Shown here piece after piece: positions 37,340-45,195 of a DNA stretch of 64,000 nt; position 1 is the first letter of the stretch, and each line of letters starts with the position of its first letter. The position numbers were made by a program, and so were the translations under genes. The notes beneath the pieces were generated by a model. It ran no database searches and had not been told where the DNA came from. It saw only the letters and a list, made by a program, of their open reading frames with translations. Where the stretch lies: positions 363 to 64,362 of the forward strand of contig JAHITY010000070.1 in assembly GCA_018817165.1 (NCBI GenBank), given 5' to 3'. This stretch comes from Candidatus Omnitrophota bacterium (GTDB lineage: Bacteria > Omnitrophota > Gorgyraeia > B26-G9).

Positions 37340-37997
37340 TTTGATGCCGATTTTTTTATCGTTAAAATTAGCAATGCTTACTACTTTGATTTTGTTCGGA
37401 GTGGGGCTGGTTATTGCTTATTGTTTAGTTTTTCTTAGCTTTAAAAATAAGGAAATAATTGAAACGATAATTAATATTCCGATTATTCTGCCGCCTTCAG
37501 TGCTGGGGTTTTACTTATTATTTATATTTAATCCAGATAGCTTGATTGGATCTTTCTTAACCAAAGTTTTTCATAGCCGGATTTTATTCAGCTTTACTGG
37601 TATTTTAATCGCTTCTTTAATATTCAGTTTGCCGATAATGGTAAATTTTCTAAAAGCAGGATTTAAAAGCTTTCCTCAGAACCTTTTGGATGCGGCAAAG
37701 ATCATGGGTAAAGGTCGAATTGAGATTTTGCTTAGAGTGATCTTGCCTTATTGTCGCGCATCAGTAATCAGCGGTATGATTATGACATTTGCTCATACGA
37801 TTGGAGCATTTGGCATATTAATGATGATCGGCGGAAATATTCCCGGCCAAACACAGCTTGCTTCAATCGCGATATTCAATGAAATAGAATGTTTGAATTA
37901 TTCCAAAGCTCATGTGTATTCAATTATTCTGACTGCGGTAACTTTTTTATTATTATTTGTAATGTTGAAAATTAATCGCAAGAAAGAAGCGTGTTGA
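37332..37997 (+). CDS. modB: molybdate ABC permease
   Basis: PIILPPSVLGF, EAA-like loop, FAHTIG, GGNIPG. Confidence 0.92.
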   Translation: MIDLMPIFLSLKLAMLTTLILFGVGLVIAYCLVFLSFKNKEIIETIINIPIILPPSVLGFYLLFIFNPDSLIGSFLTKVFHSRILFSFTGILIASLIFSLPIMVNFLKAGFKSFPQNLLDAAKIMGKGRIEILLRVILPYCRASVISGMIMTFAHTIGAFGILMMIGGNIPGQTQLASIAIFNEIECLNYSKAHVYSIILTAVTFLLLFVMLKINRKKEAC

Positions 37998-37999
37998 TT

Positions 38000-38887
38000 A
38001 TGATAATTATAAATGTTAAGAAAAACATATATACAGCTGAAGGACTTTTGGATCTAAAAGTTAAGATTAATGTCCCAAAGCAGGAGTTTATAACTATTTT
38101 TGGTAAATCCGGGGTAGGCAAAACAACGCTTTTGCGGATGATTGCCGGATTGCTTGATCCTGATGATGGATTTATTCAGGTTGATGATGTGGTGTGGTTT
38201 GATAAACAAAAAAAGATTAATTTGCCAGCAGATAGAAGGAACTTGGGTTTTGTGTTTCAAGAATACAATCTTTTTCCAAACATGTCTATTCGTGATAATT
38301 TACGCTTTGCTTTTAAGTCAAAACCCGATGAGCCGCTGATTGATTATTTACTGTCCAGAGCAAATCTTACTAAGGTTGAGAATTTAAAGCCGGATATTTT
38401 GTCGGGAGGCCAGAAGCAAAGAGCGGCATTGATGCGGGCATTGGTAAAAAAACCAAAGATATTTTTATTGGATGAGCCTTTATCCGCTCTAGAAGAATCA
38501 ATGCGGCAGAATATGCAGGATTTGATTTTAGAATTATTTGAAGAATTAAAAGTATCGGTTTTTCTAGTCAGCCATGATTTGGGCGAAATATTTAAATTAT
38601 CGAATAAAGTAGTTGTTATTGATAAAGGAAAGATCATTAACCAGGGATCGCCTTTGGAGGTTTTTGCTCCAGGTGATATTAGCTGTAAATTTAAATTCGA
38701 AGGAGTTATCCTTTCAATTAAAAAAGCGGATTTGGTTTATATTGTTGTTGTGAAAATAAATAATCAGTTCGCGCAAGTTGTGGCAACAGAGGAAGAAATT
38801 AAAGGGCTGAAATTCGGAGATCATGTGATTGTGGGGTCAAAAGCATTTAATCCGGTTATTTTTAAAGCAAATAAGCAATGCGTATAA
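38000..38887 (+). CDS. modC: molybdate ABC ATPase with TOBE domain
   Basis: GKSGVGKT, LSGGQKQR, LLDEP, SHD. Confidence 0.9.
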   Translation: MIIINVKKNIYTAEGLLDLKVKINVPKQEFITIFGKSGVGKTTLLRMIAGLLDPDDGFIQVDDVVWFDKQKKINLPADRRNLGFVFQEYNLFPNMSIRDNLRFAFKSKPDEPLIDYLLSRANLTKVENLKPDILSGGQKQRAALMRALVKKPKIFLLDEPLSALEESMRQNMQDLILELFEELKVSVFLVSHDLGEIFKLSNKVVVIDKGKIINQGSPLEVFAPGDISCKFKFEGVILSIKKADLVYIVVVKINNQFAQVVATEEEIKGLKFGDHVIVGSKAFNPVIFKANKQCV

Positions 38888-39321
38888 GGCAAGCAAACAA
38901 ACAAGATATCAATCAAATGGCAGATCTTTTAGAAGTTCTGTTCTTAATTGAAAGTGACTTTACAATCAATCGCGATAAGCAGATGTTCGGGTTGCGGATG
39001 CTTATAGATGATCCAAGTAAAGGAATTGTTTTTGTCGCAGACAATGATGGAAAAGTAATCGCGATGTGTGCCTTGCATTATGTGATCTCAACGGCTCAAG
39101 GAGGAGTGGTTGGCTTGATCGAGGATATGATAGTGAAAGTTAATCATAGGCACAAAGGTATTGGCAGTAAATTACTTGAGCGGATTATTGAATATGCAAG
39201 AGTAAAAAATTTAAGCCGGATTCAGCTTTTAGCAGATAAAGATAATCATATAGCCTTGAAGTTTTATGAAAAGATGCAATTTAAAAATACAAAATTAATT
39301 GCTTTGAGATTAATGGTTTGA
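38878..39321 (+). CDS. GNAT N-acetyltransferase
   Basis: ISTAQG, IEDMIV, RHKGIG, NHIALKFY. Confidence 0.87.
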   Translation: MRIRQANKQDINQMADLLEVLFLIESDFTINRDKQMFGLRMLIDDPSKGIVFVADNDGKVIAMCALHYVISTAQGGVVGLIEDMIVKVNHRHKGIGSKLLERIIEYARVKNLSRIQLLADKDNHIALKFYEKMQFKNTKLIALRLMV

Positions 39322-39336
39322 CCGGTAAGTAATTTT

Positions 39337-39365
39337 TTGACAAATTAGTGTTTTCAGTGTATACT
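39337..39365 (+). promoter_or_regulatory. sigma70 promoter of the nifA-like gene
   Basis: TTGACA-N17-TATACT. Confidence 0.8.
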
Positions 39366-39377
39366 TTATTCAGATGT

Positions 39378-39435
39378 GACAGAGGAGTCTTTCTAAGTGA
39401 TGGTGCTTAAGAAAGGCTCCTCTTTTTTATTTTTT
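39378..39435 (+). promoter_or_regulatory. ANTAR-type dual-hairpin attenuator overlapping an intrinsic terminator
   Basis: GAC-AGAGGA-GTC and AAGT-GATGGT-GCTT hexaloop stems; competing 14-bp terminator stem 39381-39423 + T tract. Confidence 0.72.
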
Positions 39436-39492
39436 GGAGCAAATACGCAAATTGGCGGGTATGTCCAGATAAAAGGCGAATTGATTGAGGTT

Positions 39493-41037
39493 ATGGAAAT
39501 GAATAAAAATATTAAAAGAGAAATCCAGGAATTGTCATTGCTATTTGAGATCAGCCAGACCTTTAACAAAGGTTGGGGATTGGAAAAAGCATTGCCTCCG
39601 GTGCTTAAGATAATGGCAGAACATATGGGGTTGCAATATGGCACTTTAGCGATTTTAAATCGAGAGACAAATAATATCTCTATTGAATTGGCTTATGCTC
39701 TTTCTTCTGAAGAAAGAGCCAGGGGAATATATAAAATCGGAGAAGGGATAACCGGTAAAGTTGTGGAATCCGGACAGCCGATTGCGGTTGCTAATGTTTT
39801 TGACGACCCTAAGTTTCTGAATAAGACAAAAGCCAGGAAAAACACGAATAAAGAACCAATTTCCTTTATTTGTGTTCCGATTAAGATCGAAGAAAGGGTT
39901 CTTGGCACCCTAAGCGCGGATAGGTTGATTGATCAAAATGTGAGCTTAAAGGATGATCTTAGGTTATTATCGATCATTGCCCTGATCATTGCCCAGTCAG
40001 TTAATGCTCATCAAAAGCTGCACGAAGAAGAGGAATTATTAAGAAGCGAGAATGAACGATTGCAGGTTGAACTAAAGCAAATACATCAGCCGGAAAATAT
40101 GATCGGTAATTCAAAGGCAATGCGGGAAGTATATAATCTGATTGAGAAAGTGGCAAAAAATGATACTACAGTATTTATTTCCGGTGCTAGCGGAGTAGGA
40201 AAGGAATTAGTTGCTTCGGCGATTCATTATCATAGTTTGCGGGCCAATAAACCGTTTATTAAGGTGAATTGCGCGGCTTTGCCGGAAAGTCTAGCGGAAA
40301 GTGAATTGTTTGGTCATGAAAAAGGAGCTTTTACCGGAGCTTTACAAGCGCGTAAGGGTAGATTCGAATTGGCTGATGGCGGCACGCTTTTTTTAGATGA
40401 AGTGGCTGATCTGCCGGCATCCGCGCAGGTTAAATTGCTACGAGTTCTTCAAGAAAATGAATTTGAAAGAGTGGGCGGTGAAAAATCAATTAAAATTGAT
40501 GTGCGGATAATAACCGCGACGAATCGCGATATCGCGAATATGTTAAAAGAGGAAACATTTAGGGAAGATTTGTATTTTCGCTTAAATGTTTTTCCGATAC
40601 ATGTTCCTTCTTTGAAAGCCAGAAAAACAGATATTATGCTGTTGGCGGATAGTTTTATTGATAAATTTAATAAGAAGCTTAATAAAAATATTAAGCGCAT
40701 AACAACAGCAGCGATTGATATGATGATGAGCTATCATTGGCCAGGCAATGTTCGGGAGCTGGAAAATGTGATGGAAAGAGCTATTTTAATGGCCAGTGAT
40801 AATGTGATTCATTCTTATAATCTGCCGGCTAGTTTACAGACAGCGGAACAAAGTAATACCCTATTTAAGGGTACGTTGCAGTCAATACTAGATAGTGTGG
40901 AAAAAGATATTATTGTTGATGCTTTAAAATCAGCTAAAGGGATTGGGCATCAAGCTTCAATAGTTTTGGGATTGTCGGACCGGATTCTGGGCTTGAGATT
41001 GAAAAAATATAAGCTTAATCCCCGGGATTACCGATAA
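39493..41037 (+). CDS. nifA: NifA-like sigma54 activator (GAF-AAA+-HTH)
   Basis: GAF (GEGITG), GASGVGKE, ELFGHEKGAFTGA, WPGNVRELEN, Fis-like HTH; start after SD GAGG. Confidence 0.85.
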   Translation: MEMNKNIKREIQELSLLFEISQTFNKGWGLEKALPPVLKIMAEHMGLQYGTLAILNRETNNISIELAYALSSEERARGIYKIGEGITGKVVESGQPIAVANVFDDPKFLNKTKARKNTNKEPISFICVPIKIEERVLGTLSADRLIDQNVSLKDDLRLLSIIALIIAQSVNAHQKLHEEEELLRSENERLQVELKQIHQPENMIGNSKAMREVYNLIEKVAKNDTTVFISGASGVGKELVASAIHYHSLRANKPFIKVNCAALPESLAESELFGHEKGAFTGALQARKGRFELADGGTLFLDEVADLPASAQVKLLRVLQENEFERVGGEKSIKIDVRIITATNRDIANMLKEETFREDLYFRLNVFPIHVPSLKARKTDIMLLADSFIDKFNKKLNKNIKRITTAAIDMMMSYHWPGNVRELENVMERAILMASDNVIHSYNLPASLQTAEQSNTLFKGTLQSILDSVEKDIIVDALKSAKGIGHQASIVLGLSDRILGLRLKKYKLNPRDYR

Positions 41038-41153
41038 ACAGTGTCCAAGTGTTGATCAGTTAGCCTGTTAACCAGTTGACTTTATAATTATTTATGGTAT
41101 GATTGGTAAAAGTTATTTTATATAGTATAAGATTTAAAAAGGAGGATTTAGCA

Positions 41154-41702
41154 GTGAAAAAAGTATTAATGATAGCTCTTATGATAACTATGGCATTAAC
41201 GATTACATCTAATGCATTTGCAGTGACTACATTTGCTAGTTGGTATTGGGGGGATACAATTCAAACAAATCCAGTAGATTACACCTATACAGCAGATCCA
41301 TCAGAGTCTGTGCTTTTGCCGGTTGTTTTTAATTTTAATCCACTTGTAGAGTCTGTGCAAATCTGTAGTACTGGTTTTAATGTTCTTTATACAGGAACAG
41401 GATCCGGAACATGGGAGCTAGTGACTAGCGCAAGTACTGTATCTTCAGGGCCAAATACACTTTTTCAGATAGTAGGCGGAGGGGGTACTCTTCCTGAAGG
41501 TTTGTTTACTCCAGATGAAGATAACCCTTTATATTTTAATGTTGTTTACTTTGGGGGTTTTCTAATGCCAGCATCTGCTTTAAATTCATTTTCTATTACA
41601 GTAGCTGAACAGGGGGGAAATCCTGTTCCAGAGCCAGCAACAATGATACTTCTTGGTAGCGGATTAATAGGTTTATTTGCTTCCAAAAGACGTAAAGCTT
41701 AA
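41154..41702 (+). CDS. PEP-CTERM sorting-domain exoprotein
   Basis: signal peptide ending AFA; C-terminal VPEPATMILLGSGLIGLFASKRRKA. Confidence 0.92.
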   Translation: MKKVLMIALMITMALTITSNAFAVTTFASWYWGDTIQTNPVDYTYTADPSESVLLPVVFNFNPLVESVQICSTGFNVLYTGTGSGTWELVTSASTVSSGPNTLFQIVGGGGTLPEGLFTPDEDNPLYFNVVYFGGFLMPASALNSFSITVAEQGGNPVPEPATMILLGSGLIGLFASKRRKA

Positions 41703-41725
41703 AATATAAATAAACTAATATTTCT

Positions 41726-41759
41726 AAGGGCATCTCATTTATTTGAGATGCCTTTTTTT
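41726..41759 (+). terminator. intrinsic terminator
   Basis: AAGGGCATCTCA/TGAGATGCCTTT stem + T run. Confidence 0.85.
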
Positions 41760-41980
41760 AAAAAGGAGTTATTGTAAATTACAAGGCGTAAGATTCAAGC
41801 GTATAAAGTTTTTAAAGTAAAAATTTTGTTAGCTGTTAGTTTTTTTTGCGCGATAGTAATATTATTTTTACTTTACAAATTTTATTAGTATCGGCCAAGT
41901 CACGCCGTTGCCATACTTTATGCTTTATTCTAATTGCTATACGCTGCTTTTGTGCTTTTTATTTTCTGCTTTTTATATTT

Positions 41981-42252
41981 TGTCTTGTCCTAATATAGTG
42001 GACACTATTTTTTTAATATTACGGTGTGCTTATTTCGCAAAAACACGTCTTTTAGCTAAGCCTGAGCCTGCAATGTGCAGTCTCAGCCGCGCGTTCTCAC
42101 TAATGATTCCGAAAATATCAGCTAGAGCGCAGCTATTTTGAACTAAATTCGAGCAGGCTGACTTGACCTCGCTAACACTCCGTAAGCCAGGCTCTTATTT
42201 AAAGCGCCGCTAAAAGAGAATTTTTGCCCCTCGAATTAACTATTAGCTATCA
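41981..42252 (-). mobile_element. inverted copy of element E with nested repeat F
   Basis: starts TGTCTTGTCCTAATATAGTGGACAC (IS3-like end); reverse complement matches 23194-23393; repeat F at 42101-42201 replaces one hairpin. Confidence 0.72.
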
Positions 42253-42467
42253 ATTATCATATTTTTTATGCTTTATTTTTCTTCCTGATTTTGCTTTTCT
42301 GTACGCTAAGCCCTAAACGCTAATCGCTGTTATATATAATTTATTGACAATCCTTGCTAAAACCCGGAAAATGTTAACATAGCTTGAATATTGCTATATC
42401 AAAGATAGGACGTCTTTCCTTATTGTTCAGAACAAACTCCTGGGATTAATATTATTGGAAGAGAATT

Positions 42468-43145
42468 ATGCGCATATTATTAGTCGAAGATGAAAAGAAA
42501 ATTGCCAGTTTTATTGAGCGAGGGCTCAAAGCGCACCGCTATGTCGTGGATACTGCTGTTGACGGGGAAACTGGCCTTGAGCTGGCTGAAGTAAATTCTT
42601 ATGATTTGATTATCTTAGATATTATGCTTCCCGGTAAAGACGGGATTACCGTGTGCAAAGAGCTTAGAGATCAGGGGCTTGAAAGTCCGATAATGATGTT
42701 AACAGCTAAAAGCTCAGTGGCGGATAAGGTACATGCTTTACATTCAGGAGCGGATGATTATTTGGTTAAGCCTTTTTCCTTTGAAGAATTTACTGCCCGC
42801 GTCGCGGCTTTACTGCGCCGGACACGGAAGGAAAAGAGTTCGATCTTAGAAGCAGGCGATATTGTACTTGACCAGATGACGCATAAGGTGAAAAAGGCGG
42901 ACAAAGAAATAGCGCTTACTCCTAAGGAGTACAGTCTTTTGGAATATTTTATGCTCCATGCTGATCAGGTAATAACCCGGACAATGATTTCTGAGCATGT
43001 TTGGAATGAAGATTTTGATAGTTTTTCCAATATTATTGATGTGTTTGTTAATAATTTAAGAAGCAAGCTTGATTCTGACCGCAAAAAAAGCTGCATTCAA
43101 ACTGTCCGCGGTGTAGGTTATACTTTAAAGAGCAAATCCGGATGA
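42468..43145 (+). CDS. OmpR-family response regulator (CusR/CzcR-like)
   Basis: MRILLVEDE, LDIMLP, GADDYLVKPF, TVRGVGY. Confidence 0.95.
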   Translation: MRILLVEDEKKIASFIERGLKAHRYVVDTAVDGETGLELAEVNSYDLIILDIMLPGKDGITVCKELRDQGLESPIMMLTAKSSVADKVHALHSGADDYLVKPFSFEEFTARVAALLRRTRKEKSSILEAGDIVLDQMTHKVKKADKEIALTPKEYSLLEYFMLHADQVITRTMISEHVWNEDFDSFSNIIDVFVNNLRSKLDSDRKKSCIQTVRGVGYTLKSKSG

Positions 43146-44632
43146 AAATTAATTCGATTAAATTCAAACTTTGTGTTTTGTATGTCGGCACTTTGGGTTT
43201 GATTCTGGTGGGCTATCGCGCTGTGCTTTATTATAATCTTTATCAAACTCTTTATCGTGATTCAGATACTCGATTGATTGCCAAGGCAACTGAAGTCCGG
43301 AAAAACCTGAGAATTTTTACTGCTCCGTTTAGGGAATCAAAAAGAGCGGTTATCTTCGGCGCACGAAGAATGCTGGGAGTAGAAGTTGTATATCCGGATA
43401 AAGAGCAGCTGATGCGCATAGAAAAAGTATGGCTGAAAACAAGAGAAGAATTAGGTTTGAACAAGGATTATATTAATCTTTTAAATGAAGACGGCAAAAC
43501 GATTGTTAGTTCGCCGAACATTGATAAAGGTTTGAGTAGTTTTCTCGAAGCTTACGCAAAGACAGATAATGCTCAGCCGGCTTTTTACAATATAGTTTAT
43601 AAGGAAAGCCTGAATTTAAGAATAATCGTTATGCCGGTTGAATTTGCTGATTTGGGGAAATACACGCTGCAAATCGGAATATCCACAGATCCAATTATCT
43701 ATATTTTGCGGGAACGGATAAGTAAAAGCGCAATGAGTATTCCCTGGATTATGCTGGTTGCGGTTATTATCAGCTATTTATTGGTATGGCGAATTCTCCG
43801 TCCGGTCAAACAGGTTACTAAGATTGCTAATGATATTTCGCATAAAAATCTTAGCGCAAGGGTAAATGTACGAAATATTGATCAAGAAATGAAACCGCTT
43901 GCCGAAGCATTTAATGATATGATTGAAAGGCTGGAAGAATCGTTTACCTATGTTGAAGATTTTAGTTCATATGTCGCGCATGAGCTGAGAACACCGCTAA
44001 CAATTATTAAGGGCGAGACAGAGGTAGCTTTACAAACTGACCCATCGCCTGAAGAATCTAAATTAGTTATGGAATCCAATTTGCAGGAAGTAGAAAGAAT
44101 GCTCAAGACAATAGACCATTTGTTATTGCTGGCGGATATGAATTATCGTAAGCAGTCAATTAACTTTGAACGAATTGAAGTAAGCGAATTTTTAAAAGAC
44201 ATTTGTGAAAAAAGCACAATCTTGGCAGCAGTAAAACAGATCACGATCAATCTGGAGGTTTCGCAAAGTAAAATAGAGCTGATGGCTAATCGTAATGAAC
44301 TGCGCAGATTATTTTTTAATCTGATTGATAATGCGATTAAGTTTACTTCGCCAAGCGGGAGGATCGATATTAGTGTTAAACAGCAGAAAAATAAAGTAGA
44401 GATTAATATTAGCGATACAGGAATTGGGATAAAACAAGAAGATATTCCAAAAATATTTAATAAGTTTTATCGTGCTGCAAATAAAGAAAAAAAACCGGGC
44501 AGTGGCTTAGGCTTAGGCATTGCTCAGTCGATTGTTAGAATGCATCAAGGGCGCATTTTAGTAAATAGCGAGCCTAATAAGGGTTCTGTGTTTACGGTAA
44601 TCTTGCCCGTTTATCAACTTGCCAAACATTAA
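43142..44632 (+). CDS. sensor histidine kinase (2 TM, HAMP, HisKA, HATPase)
   Basis: AHELRTPL, NLIDNAIKF, DTGIGI, GSGLGL. Confidence 0.95.
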   Translation: MKINSIKFKLCVLYVGTLGLILVGYRAVLYYNLYQTLYRDSDTRLIAKATEVRKNLRIFTAPFRESKRAVIFGARRMLGVEVVYPDKEQLMRIEKVWLKTREELGLNKDYINLLNEDGKTIVSSPNIDKGLSSFLEAYAKTDNAQPAFYNIVYKESLNLRIIVMPVEFADLGKYTLQIGISTDPIIYILRERISKSAMSIPWIMLVAVIISYLLVWRILRPVKQVTKIANDISHKNLSARVNVRNIDQEMKPLAEAFNDMIERLEESFTYVEDFSSYVAHELRTPLTIIKGETEVALQTDPSPEESKLVMESNLQEVERMLKTIDHLLLLADMNYRKQSINFERIEVSEFLKDICEKSTILAAVKQITINLEVSQSKIELMANRNELRRLFFNLIDNAIKFTSPSGRIDISVKQQKNKVEINISDTGIGIKQEDIPKIFNKFYRAANKEKKPGSGLGLGIAQSIVRMHQGRILVNSEPNKGSVFTVILPVYQLAKH

Positions 44633-44638
44633 GAAAAA

Positions 44639-44682
44639 TTAATCTTATCTTCATCTTCTCTTAATTATCATTTGTATATACT
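44639..44682 (+). promoter_or_regulatory. three 11-bp direct repeats + -10 box (OmpR-type activated promoter)
   Basis: TTAATCTTATC-TTCATCTTCTC-TTAATTATCAT then TATACT, with no -35 consensus. Confidence 0.6.
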
Positions 44683-44703
44683 TCATAAAAAAAGGACGTA
44701 TAT

Positions 44704-45174
44704 ATGAATAAAAAGAGAAACCTTTTATCTCCGAGAGAGAATCTTACGCAGTATTTTTCAGTTAATAATCAAAATATTATTTCAGGAAAAATCAGGATAT
44801 TATTAGTATTCGCAATTTTTCTAACTGCGCTAAGTTCTGAAAATTTGTTTGCGGCTAATCAAATGGCTATTGACAGCTATTCTTTTAAGATTGTCAGCGC
44901 GCCTTTAGATTCGACTTCACCCTATACGCTGGGGCATTTACCATTAAAAAGTGCCGTTGAAGTTAGCGCTGAGACAAATATCATTGTGCATATTAAAGAT
45001 GATGGCGCGGGAGTAGATATTAATTCTATTAAAATGAGTGTTAACGGCCAGATCGTTAGTCCGGTTATTAGCGGAACTCCCAGTGAGTATGTCTTGAATT
45101 ATAATCCTTCTACGAATTTTGCTATTGGGCAACAGGTATTTGTAACTATTCAAGCAAGTGACCTTGCCCCTTAA
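44704..45174 (+). CDS. exported single Ig-like domain protein (permuted/incomplete fold)
   Basis: signal peptide ending LFA; beta-rich domain paralogous to the N-terminus of the next gene. Confidence 0.75.
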   Translation: MNKKRNLLSPRENLTQYFSVNNQNIISGKIRILLVFAIFLTALSSENLFAANQMAIDSYSFKIVSAPLDSTSPYTLGHLPLKSAVEVSAETNIIVHIKDDGAGVDINSIKMSVNGQIVSPVISGTPSEYVLNYNPSTNFAIGQQVFVTIQASDLAP

Positions 45175-45195
45175 ACGAAAGTAATAAGTAAAAAA

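Noticed and set aside
41908-42141. 77-aa ORF
   Set aside because: Lies across low-complexity sequence and repeat element E
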